DNA of 64,000 bases from an uncultured Solirubrobacterales bacterium. GTDB taxonomy: Bacteria; Actinomycetota; Thermoleophilia; Solirubrobacterales; Solirubrobacteraceae. The position numbers and the translations under genes are program-made. This document shows positions 35,403 to 44,946 of the stretch, one piece after another. The notes beneath the pieces are model-generated. The model worked only from the letters and a program-made list of their open reading frames with translations. It did no database searches and was not told where the DNA came from. How positions within the stretch are numbered: the stretch's first letter is position 1; each line of letters opens with the position of its first letter. The DNA is taken from assembly GCA_963824295.1 (NCBI GenBank), contig CAWGOQ010000002.1:14375-78374 (forward strand). The letters run 5' to 3'.

Positions 35403-35942
35403 TCACGAACCGGCCTCGGGAGCGCGAAGTCGCTCGAGCACCGCGATGTCGTCGAGGTCCTGGCGGCGCTTGCGCTCGGGGCGATCACGGAACTGCGACG
35501 CAGCGCTTTTCATCCGGATCAGATCCTCGGGGTGGGCGACCAGCATGGTCACACCAAGCGCCTCAATCGACACAGCCCGGGCGCGAAGCTGCTCATAGGA
35601 CGGGGGAGCGCCAGGGGTCTGGTCGACGGCGAACACGTCGAGGTCGCCATGCGCGGTGCGCATCAGGAAGTTTCCGCCCTCGAGCAGCTGCCGCGGATCC
35701 GTGACGTCGATCCCCAGCAGGTCCGCGTCGACCCCGCGCAACCTCGCATCGAGCTGCTCGAGCGCCGGAGCCAGCCGGCGCATGTTCTCCGCTGTCCACG
35801 CCGCGATCACGTCGAGATCGACCGTCGTGCGTACGTGGCCGTAGGCCTGGATGGCGACACCTCCGATGAGCACATAGTCGACCTGGTGCTCCGACAGCGC
35901 GCGCAGCACCTGCCCGACGTCAAGCGGCGGCTCGTCAGTCAC
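35403..35942 (-). CDS. Small nucleotidyltransferase-fold protein (candidate toxin/effector)
   Basis: 179 aa. HQVDYVLIGGVAIQAYGHVRTTVDLDVI (GG..D-x-D NTase signature), ..VAHPEDLIRMKSAA. 8-bp overlap with the upstream XRE gene. Confidence 0.55.
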   Translation of the reverse strand: MTDEPPLDVGQVLRALSEHQVDYVLIGGVAIQAYGHVRTTVDLDVIAAWTAENMRRLAPALEQLDARLRGVDADLLGIDVTDPRQLLEGGNFLMRTAHGDLDVFAVDQTPGAPPSYEQLRARAVSIEALGVTMLVAHPEDLIRMKSAASQFRDRPERKRRQDLDDIAVLERLRAPEAGS

Positions 35943-36267
35943 GATCGAGCGCCTTCAACGCCTTGCCTCTGATCTCGCCGGCAAACCGGTTCCAGCTAGA
36001 GGCCAGCTGCAGCCGCTCGTCCATCCCCAGCCGCGCCTGCTCAGCAAGCTGCGCGTCCTCGAACGGCACGCCGCGGGGACGCGCATCGAGCACCAACTCC
36101 TCCCCGCACGCGGCGGCGAGGTGCGCCAGCATGTCGACCGTGGGTGACACCTTGCCCTGCTCGATCCGAGAGATCGCCTGCTGCGTGGTCCCGGCCCGGT
36201 AGGCGAGCGCAGCCTGGCTCAGGCCATGCCGCTCGCGTAGGCCACGAACCAACTCACCCGCGCGCAT
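35935..36267 (-). CDS. XRE-family HTH protein (candidate antitoxin)
   Basis: LRERHGLSQAALAYRAGTTQQAISRIEQGKVSPTVDMLAHLAAACG. Confidence 0.7.
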   Translation of the reverse strand: MRAGELVRGLRERHGLSQAALAYRAGTTQQAISRIEQGKVSPTVDMLAHLAAACGEELVLDARPRGVPFEDAQLAEQARLGMDERLQLASSWNRFAGEIRGKALKALDRD

Positions 36268-36333
36268 CGCTTCACATCATATCTGACGTGGCGGCAGCGT
36301 TTTGAGCGACGGCCTCGGGCGATGGAGTCAGTC

Positions 36334-37305
36334 CTAGCGGCCGACCAGCTCGAGCCCGCGGGGCTCGGTTCCGCCGGCCCGGCTGTCCGCCGGCACCTCG
36401 ACCGAGCGGGGGGCCAGGCGTCCCGCCACCGCCACCGACCACAGCACGGTGAGCCACGTGAACGTGGCAAGCGTCACATGGATCCAGACCATGTCGGACG
36501 GGAGGTGGAGCTCGTACTGGACACTGCCGACGAGGCCCTGGGCCGCCAGCAGCACGCCGAGCACGGTCAGCGGCTCCATCATCCGCTCACTCGCCCCCCG
36601 ATGGCGATGCAGCAGCCAGACGCCGATCGTGACCACCCCAAACAGCGCGGCGATCGCGGCGTGCTGGTGGATGGTCCACGTGAGCGTGTCGGCGCCCTTG
36701 AAGTGCAGTCGATGGACGTGCTGGCCGGTGACCCCGCCAGAATGCGGTCCGGCCGCCGTGGCAGCCGTGCCGGCGAAGATCGTCAGCGCGCCGAGCGGGA
36801 GCAGGGCGCGGACGGACCACACCCCGAGTCGATCGTTCGACAGGGGACGCGACCCGGGCTCAAACGTGGCCTGCCAGGCCAGCGCGAACGCGGCGATCAG
36901 GATGATCAGGGACAGGCTGAAGTGGGCCATCACGAACCCCGGGGCGAGGTGCTCGAGCACGGTGAAGCCCCCGAGTACCGCCTGGGCCAGCACACCGAGG
37001 GGCAGCAGCACGGCCAGAATCGCCAGATCCCTCCGGAACGGGCGCCGCGTAAAGGCCAGGACCGCGGCCACGATCGTGATGATCCCCACGATCCCCGAGA
37101 CCGCCCGGTTGCCGAACTCGATCAGGGCGTGCGAGCTGAGCGGCGGCAGCGGCGTCCCGCCGCACTTGGGCCAGTTGGCGCAGCCGAGGCCGGAGTCGGT
37201 CAGCCGCACGGCGGCGCCGGTCATGACGATCACCGTCAGCGCGGCGAGCGTGACGTAGGCGACGCGGCGGTACTGGGTCGGGGTTACGGCCAGGCGGTCG
37301 AGCAC
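36334..37305 (-). CDS. ctaA: Heme A synthase (COX15/CtaA family)
   Basis: 323 aa, about 8 TM segments. VRLTDSGLGCANWPKCGG, IEFGNR, HQHAAIAALFG, VQYELHLP..VWIHVTLA. Confidence 0.8.
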   Translation of the reverse strand: MLDRLAVTPTQYRRVAYVTLAALTVIVMTGAAVRLTDSGLGCANWPKCGGTPLPPLSSHALIEFGNRAVSGIVGIITIVAAVLAFTRRPFRRDLAILAVLLPLGVLAQAVLGGFTVLEHLAPGFVMAHFSLSLIILIAAFALAWQATFEPGSRPLSNDRLGVWSVRALLPLGALTIFAGTAATAAGPHSGGVTGQHVHRLHFKGADTLTWTIHQHAAIAALFGVVTIGVWLLHRHRGASERMMEPLTVLGVLLAAQGLVGSVQYELHLPSDMVWIHVTLATFTWLTVLWSVAVAGRLAPRSVEVPADSRAGGTEPRGLELVGR

Positions 37306-37354
37306 TTCGACGCAATGGTATGGCCCCCGCGTCGAGCCTGCAGTGAGCGAAGCG

Positions 37355-38333
37355 TCAGGACTCGAACGCGCGCAGGTCGGCCTCGACCATCCGCTGGACC
37401 AGCTCCTCGAAGGAGAGCGTCGGGCGCCAGCCGAGGCGCTCGCGGGCCCGGCTCGGGTCGCCGACGCGTGGCGTCGGCTCGGGCGGCCGGCGCAGGGTCG
37501 TGTCCACGGTTATGTGATCCTCCGCCCGCAGACCCACGTGCGCGAACGCGGCCTCGGCGAACTCGGCCACGGTGTGCCCGATTCCGCTGGCCAGGATGTA
37601 GTCATCCGGCTCATCCTGCTGGAGCATCAGCCACGCCCCGTCCATCACGTCGCCGGCGAACGACCAGTCGCGCACGGCGCTCAGGTCGCCGAGCTCGACG
37701 CGATCGGCCAGGCCCAGCTTGATCGCCGCGGCCGCGCGGGTGATCTTGCGCGTAACGAACGACTCGGGCCGGCGCTCGGACTCGTGGTTGTAGAGGATGC
37801 CGGAGCAGGCGAACAGGCCGTCGTTCCCCCGCAGCTGGCCGACGAGCTGGTGCGCGGCCAGCTTGGCCGTCGCGTACGGCGTCTCGGGCCGGCACGGCGT
37901 GTCCTCGCGCTGCGGGCTCTCGGGGGCGGCGCCGAACATCGCGCCGGAGCCGGCGACGAACACCCGCGTGTGCGCGCTGTGCTCGCGCACCGCCTCGAGC
38001 AGCGTCGCGGTCGCGCCGGCGATCGCGGCCAGCGTCTCGCGCGGGTCGCTGCCAGGACTCGGGGACGAACGACGGCGCGGCGAGGTGGTAGAGCTCGTCC
38101 GGAAGCGTGCGCGCGACCGCTTCTCGGAGGCTCTCGGGATCGAGCAGGTCGCCTTCGACAAGCTCGATCTGGCCCCGCAGATGCTCGGCCAGGCCCAGCC
38201 GTCTCGGCCGGAGCGGCCGGATCATCCCGGTCACCCGATAGCCGCGTTCGAGCAGCAGCTCGGCCAGGAACGAGCCGTCCTGGCCGGTGAGGCCGGTCAC
38301 GAGCGCGCGCCGGGCTCGGCGCTCGCGCGCCAC
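37355..38333 (-). pseudogene. GDP-mannose 4,6-dehydratase-like SDR (paralogue 1), one frameshift
   Basis: ALVTGLTGQDGSFLAELLLERGY...SFVPESWQRP | RETLAAIAGATATLLEA...YATAKLAAHQL...ILYNHESERRPESFVTRKITRAAAAIKLG... The single frame switch is near 38040, consistent with a 1-nt insertion in ccc/gcgcg context. Confidence 0.8.
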
Positions 38334-38335
38334 GC

Positions 38336-39377
<1,042 letters not shown>

Positions 39378-39478
39378 GCGGCCGAAGACTACATCCGGGT
39401 CGGCGGATGGCGCCGAACCGCCATCTGAGCCAATACAATCGCTGCGGTGCAATCCAGGAGCGGACGAGGGCTCGCCGC

Positions 39479-40279
39479 ATGACCGCGGCCGTGGGCATTG
39501 CCGAAAGCATTCGCCGGACTGTGATCGAGCAGTCCAAGCGGGCCAACGTCGGCCACATCGGCTCGGCGCTTTCGATCGTGGACATACTCGCCGCCTGTTC
39601 TCGGGCCGCTTGCCGATCTGGACCTGGACGACCCGGACCGCGACCGCTTCGTCCTATCCAAGGGCCACGCGGCGCTGGCGCTCTACGGCGCCCTGCATGC
39701 CACCGACCGGCTGTCGCGCGAGGCGCTCGACACCTACTGCGCCGACGGCACCACGCGTCGGCCGGGCACCCGAGCACGTCCTGGCCGGGGTCGACTTCTC
39801 CACCGGCTCGCTGGGGCACGGCCTGTCGATCGCGCGGGCGCGGCGCTGGCGGCGCGTCTGCAGGGATCTGCGCGCCGCGTGTTCGCGCTGCTGAGCGATG
39901 CCGAGCTCAACGAGGGGTCGGTATGGGAGGCGGCGATGTTCGCGGCCCACCATCGGCTGGCCAACCTGGTGGTGATGGTGGACGTCAACGGCCAGCAGGC
40001 GCTCGGCTACACCCGGGACGTGCTCGACCTCGAGCCGCTCTCCGAGCGCTGGCGGGGTTCGGTTGGGACGTCCACGAGGTCGACGGCCACGACCTGGACG
40101 CCATGACGACGGCGCTCGATCGGGTCACCAAGGACCGAGCGCCGCACATGCTCATCGCCCACACCGTGTTCGGCAAGGGCGTCTCGTTCATGGAGCAACG
40201 AATCGAGTGGCACTACCTGCCGATGTCCGACGAGGAGTACGCGCAGGCGCTCGCAGAGCTGTCCGGGAGCGGCGCGTGA
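39479..40279 (+). pseudogene. Transketolase, N-terminal (TPP-binding) subunit, at least 4 frameshifts
   Basis: MTAAVGIAESIRRTVIEQSKRANVGHIGSALSIVDILAA | ..DRFVLSKGHAALALYGALHAT.. | HVLAGVDFSTGSLGHGLSIA | RVFALLSDAELNEGSVWEAAMFAAHHRLANLVVMVDVNGQQ | FGWDVHEVDGHDLDAM.. Confidence 0.75.
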
Positions 40280-41235
40280 GGGACGAATTCGTGACAAGGC
40301 TGGTGCGATCTGGCGGCCGACGACGAGCGCGTCGTGCTGCTCACCGGCGATCTCGGCTTTGCGGTGCTCGAGCCGTTCGCCGAGCGCTTCCCCGAGCGCT
40401 TCTTCAACGTCGGGGTGGCCGAGCAGAACATGGTCGGGGTCGCCACCGGGCTCGCCGAGGCGGGCTTCGTGCCGTTCGTCTACTCGATCGCCACCTTCGC
40501 TTCGATGCGCCCGTACGAGTTCATCCGCAACGGCCCGGTGCTGCACGGGCTGCCGGTCCGGATCGTCGGCGTCGGCGGCGGAGTTCGACTACGGCCACAA
40601 CGGCATCACCCACTACGCGCTCGAGGACTACGCGATGATGCGGGCGCAGCCCGGGCTCGACGGTCGTCGCCCCGGCCGACTGCGCCCAGGTCGTCGCCGC
40701 GCTGCGCGCCGTGCAGCGAGCTGCCCGGGCCGGTCTACTTCCGGCTCGGCCAAGCAGTGCGTCGCGGTGCCCGGCCTGAGCGGCGTTCCGAGCTGGGCGC
40801 GCGCAGCAATCGGCCGAAGGCGGCGACATCGCGTTCGTGGCGCTGCGGTCGGATGCGCGCGCGACGCCGTCGAGCGTGCGCCGAGCTGCTGGCAGCCGGC
40901 GGACTGTCGGTCGCGCCGTGGCTCGTCGTCTCATGTTCAATCCGGCGCCGATCGAGGACCTCGCCGAGCTGCTGGCCGACGTGCCGCTGCAGTCGTCGGT
41001 CGAGGCGCACTACTCAGCGGCGGGCTCGGCTCGCTGGTGGCCGAGGTCGATCGCCGAGCGGGGCCTCGACTGCCGCCTGCTGCGCGCCGGCGTTGAGCGG
41101 ACTCCAGTCGGCATGCGGGCTCGCGGGAATACATGCTCGAGCAGCTCGGCCTCAGTCCCGACCGGCTCGCGGCCAGGGTGATGCGAGCATCGCGTGGCCC
41201 CGCGTCGGACCGGGCGGGCCGATTTCTGGCCGCGC
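40276..41235 (+). pseudogene. Transketolase, C-terminal (pyrimidine-binding) subunit, at least 4 frameshifts
   Basis: GTGA overlap with the N subunit. VRDEFVTRLV | VVLLTGDLGFAVLEPFAERFPERFFNVGVAEQNMVGVATGLAEAGFVPFVYSIATFASMRPYEFIRN...VRIVGVGGG | FDYGHNGITHYALEDYAMMRAQPGL | ..LPGPVYFRLG.. The 3' end is approximate. Confidence 0.7.
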
Positions 41236-41241
41236 ATAGCC

Positions 41242-42261
41242 GTGAAGCTGTCAGCCGTCATCGCCTGCTACCGCGATGCGCCGGCGGTGCCGATCATGCA
41301 CGAGCGGCTCGTGGGGGTGTTCAACGAGATCGGCGCCGAGTACGAGATCATCTTCGTCAACGACGGCTCGCCCGACAACGCGCGCGAGGTGCTGGCCGAG
41401 CTCGCCGCGCGCGACCCGAAGGTGGTCGTGATCAATCACACTCGGGCGTTCGGCTCGCAGAGCGCGTTCACCAGCCGGCATGCGGATCGCGACCGGCGAC
41501 GCGCGTGGTCCTGCTCGACGGCGACCTACAGGACCCGCCGGAGCTGATCCCGGAGTTCGTCGAGCACGCTGGCAGGAGGGCTACGACGTCGTCTACGGCG
41601 AGCGCGTCAAGCGCGAGGCCACGAGATGATGCGCTTCGCCTACAAGAGTTTCTACCGGCTGTTCAAGCGACTCGCCTACGTCAACATGCCGCTCGATGCG
41701 GGCGACTTCGGCCTGATCGATCGCCGCGTGGTCGAGGCGATGAACTCGCTGCCCGAGAACCACCGCTTCCTGCGCGGCCTGCGCGCGTGGGTCGGCTTCA
41801 AGCAGCTCGGGGTCCCGTACGTTCGCCCGGAGCGGATGTTCGGCACGACCACCAACTCGCTGCGCAAGAACCTCGGCTGGGCGCGCCGGGCGATCGTCTC
41901 GTTCTCCTACGTGCCGCTCGATCTGATCACCGGGCTGGCGCTGGTCGTCGTGGGCGTCTCTTCGCTCGCGCTGATGTCGAGGTGGTCGCGAGGATCGTCG
42001 ACCCCAGCCTGGCGCCGAAGGGATTCACGACGGTGATCGTGGTGATCCTGTTCATCGGCGGGATCCAGCTGCTGTGCCTGGCGATCATCGGCGTCCTATC
42101 TGGCGCACATGTACGAGGAGGTCAAGGGCCGCCCGCCCTTCATCGTCGAGTCGGTGCTCAACCCGCCCGCCGGAGCAGAGCTACCGCCCGAGGTTGTCTC
42201 CTGGCCGGCCCGAGAGCTGGCCGGCTCCGGCGCCTCGACCGCCACCTCTAAGCGCACATGA
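41242..42261 (+). pseudogene. GT2-family glycosyltransferase (ArnC/DPM1-like, C-terminal TM helices), at least 5 frameshifts
   Basis: VKLSAVIACYRDAPAV..YEIIFVNDGSPDNAREVL..VVVINHTRAFGSQSAFTS | VVLLDGDLQDPPELIPEFVEH | EGYDVVYGERVKREAT | MMRFAYKSFYRLF...FRGLRAWVGFKQLGVPYVRPERMFGTT | TTVIVVILFIGGIQLLCLAIIG | YEEVKGRPPFIVESV.. Confidence 0.75.
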
Positions 42262-43184
42262 GCACGGTAAGGGACAGCCCCCGCTGCATCCCACCCGGTG
42301 CGCGATCTGCGGGACCACGGACGGCAGCGACGAGCTGTACGCGGCGCAGCTCAACCTGGACGCGTTCACGCCATCGGTGTTCTCGGCCCGCCGGCTGCCC
42401 GACCGCACGCACTACCGGATGGTGCGCTGTCGAACATGCGGCCTGGTGCGATCGGACCCGGTACTCGACGCCGAGGCAATGGCGGAGCTGTACCGAGAGT
42501 CGAGCTTCGACTACGGCGAGGAGCTCGAGGGGATCCGTGCGACCTACGGCGCCGCCCTCGACCGACTGGCGTCCGTGGCGGCCGGCCGGAACGGCCTTCT
42601 GGACGTCGGCTGCGGCAGCGGGTTCGTGCTCGAGCTGGCGCGGGACCGGGGCTGGCAGGCGGTCAGGGGAGTCGAGCCGAGCGCCGATGCGATCGCCAAG
42701 GCGGACGCCCGGGGTTCGGTCAGCGATCGTCCAGGACGTCATCCGGGAGGGGCTGTTCGACGCTGAGTCGTTCGATGCCGTGACGCTCTTCCAGGTGCTC
42801 GACCACATTCCCGAGCCGGTCGATTTCCTGCGGGAATGCTTGCGGATCCTGCGGCCTGGCGGTGCGATCCTGGCGCTCAACCACAACGTCACCGCCTGGT
42901 CGGCCCGGATCCTCGGAGAGCGCAGCCCGATCATCGACGTCGAGCACACCTACCTCTACTCGCCCGAGACGATGCGGCGGATCTTCGCGCAGGTCGGCTT
43001 TGACGTGGTCTCGGTCGGGCCAGTCCGGAACACATACTCGACGTCGTATCTGCTCCACTTGATGCCCCTCCCGCGGGCACTCAAGCAGTCACTGGTCCCG
43101 CGTGCTCGGCAGACCCGCCTCGGCCGCTCGCAGGTGACCGTGCCGCTCGGCAATCTTTGCCTGATCGCGCGCCGGGCTGGATGA
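42258..43184 (+). pseudogene. SAM-dependent methyltransferase with N-terminal Cys4 zinc-ribbon, about 2 frameshifts
   Basis: CAICGTTDGSDELY...YRMVRCRTCGLVRSDP...LLDVGCGSGFVLELARDRGWQAVGVEPS | IVQDVIREGLFDAESFDAVTLFQVLDHIPEPVDFL..LRPGGAILAL. ATGA overlaps at both ends. Confidence 0.7.
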
Positions 43185-44125
43185 AAGCCCTGGTCACGGG
43201 CGCTGGCGGATTCGTCGGCGCGAACCTGGTCCGCTGCCTACTCGCCGGCGGGCACGAGCCGGTTGCCCTCGTCCGCCCGGGAGGCAATACGTGGCGGTTG
43301 GCGGAGACCTCGGGCGACGTGGCCCTCCTCGACGTCGATCTGCGCGATCCCGCCGCCCTTGAGCGCGTCGTCACCGATGTCCGGCCCGAGGCGATCTTTC
43401 ATCTGGCCGCCCACGGTGCCTACTCATGGCAGAAGGACCTCGACGCGATGCTCGCGGTCAACGTTCGCGCCACCGAGGCGCTGCTGGTCGCGGCGCGCGA
43501 GGTCGGAGCAGCGATGGTCAACGCCGGCTCCTCCTCGGAATACGGCTACCAGGATCACGCGCCCGGCGAGGACGAGCGCGTCGAGCCAAATTCGCAATAC
43601 GCCGTCACGAAGGTCGCGGCGACCCACCTCTGCCGGCTCGCCGCGGCCACGGGCGGCCCGCAAGCGGTGACGCTGCGCCTGTACTCGATCTACGGACCGT
43701 GGGAGGAGCCCGGGCGCCTGATGCCGACGCTGGTTCGGCGCGCGGCCCGCGGCGAATGGCCCCCATTGGTCGGGCCCGCCACCGCGCGTGACTTCGTTTG
43801 GGTGGAAGACGCGTGTGACGCGTTCATTCGGAGCGCTACCACCCCGCTACGCGACCCCGGAGCGGTCATCAATATCGCGAGCGGGGCCCAGACCACACTC
43901 GAGGCGGTCGTGACGACGGCCCGCCGGGTCTTGCGCGTCCAGGCCAACCCAGTTTGGGGGTCGATGCCGGCGCGCAGCTGGGACACCTCGACCTGGGTCG
44001 GCGATCCCTCGGCCGCGGAGCGCCTGCTTGGGTGGAAGGCGACTACCCCGCTCGACGAGGGACTCAAGCGAATGGCAGCATGGTTCGACGAGCACCCCGA
44101 GGTCACCCACCGTTACGAGACATGA
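43181..44125 (+). CDS. NAD-dependent epimerase/dehydratase (SDR; candidate GDP-4-keto-6-deoxyhexose reductase/epimerase)
   Basis: Intact ORF from MKALVTGAGGFVGANL. SSSEYG, YAVTKVAATHL (YxxxK), LRLYSIYGPWEE. Confidence 0.8.
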   Translation: MKALVTGAGGFVGANLVRCLLAGGHEPVALVRPGGNTWRLAETSGDVALLDVDLRDPAALERVVTDVRPEAIFHLAAHGAYSWQKDLDAMLAVNVRATEALLVAAREVGAAMVNAGSSSEYGYQDHAPGEDERVEPNSQYAVTKVAATHLCRLAAATGGPQAVTLRLYSIYGPWEEPGRLMPTLVRRAARGEWPPLVGPATARDFVWVEDACDAFIRSATTPLRDPGAVINIASGAQTTLEAVVTTARRVLRVQANPVWGSMPARSWDTSTWVGDPSAAERLLGWKATTPLDEGLKRMAAWFDEHPEVTHRYET

Positions 44126-44946
44126 GCTCCGCCCCGAAAGAGAATCTCGCCCTGCGCACCGAGGAGCGCTGGCGGCCGCCCATGTTCAAGCCGGTCGTCG
44201 GCTGGCGCGCGCGCCTCGGCGCGGCGGTGCGTCGCTTCTTCGATCTTCAGGCGGGCTCGCTGTGGCAGGACCTCGCCCCCGTGTTGACACAGGCGCACGG
44301 CACGCTCGTCGACGTGGGCTGTGGCGCCCAGCCATACCGGGGGCTGCTCCCCGGCAGCGCGGTCTACGTGGGGCTCGACACCGAGCGGGCGCAGGAGGAT
44401 TTCGGCTACGCGATACCGGACGTCTTGCCGATCCGCGAGGACGGCCGCTGGCCGCTCGACGATGCCGGGGCCGATTTCCTGCTGGCGACCGAGACGCTCG
44501 AGCACGTGGTCGACCCCACGGCCTTCCTGGCCGAGGCTCACCGGTGCCTGAGACCCGAGGGGCGACTGATCCTGACCGTTCCGTTCGCCGCGCGCTGGCA
44601 TTACATCCCCCATGACTACTGGCGCTTCACCCCGTCCGGCCTCCGCCTTCTGCTCGAGCGCGCCGGGTTCGAGCAGGTCGTAGTTCACGGCCGCGGGAAC
44701 GAGCAGACCGTCGCCTGCTACAAGCTGCTGGCGCTGCTGCTCCCGGTCGTCCTGCCTCAGCCCGAGACGGGCTCGACGCGGGTCAGGCCGCTTGGGCTGC
44801 TCGTGGCTCCGCTTGTCGTCCTGCTGGCGGCGCTCGGGAACCTGTCGTTGCGAGCCCGAACCGGCGATGATTGCCTCGGGTTCACGGTTTATGCGGTCAA
44901 GTTTCAGGCAGCAGCGCTCAGCGACGCGCAGAGTCCGACGAGATGA
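44122..44946 (+). CDS. SAM-dependent methyltransferase with C-terminal hydrophobic segment
   Basis: ATGA-coupled start MSSAPKEN. LVDVGCGAQPY, FLLATETLEHVVDP, LRPEGRLILTVP. Intact. Confidence 0.7.
   Translation: MSSAPKENLALRTEERWRPPMFKPVVGWRARLGAAVRRFFDLQAGSLWQDLAPVLTQAHGTLVDVGCGAQPYRGLLPGSAVYVGLDTERAQEDFGYAIPDVLPIREDGRWPLDDAGADFLLATETLEHVVDPTAFLAEAHRCLRPEGRLILTVPFAARWHYIPHDYWRFTPSGLRLLLERAGFEQVVVHGRGNEQTVACYKLLALLLPVVLPQPETGSTRVRPLGLLVAPLVVLLAALGNLSLRARTGDDCLGFTVYAVKFQAAALSDAQSPTR

Noticed and set aside
36322-37722. 466-aa plus-strand ORF
   Set aside because: Antisense to ctaA and the end of gmd paralogue 1. Extremely Arg/Asp/Gly-rich and family-less, whereas the opposite strand gives clean COX15/GMD homology.
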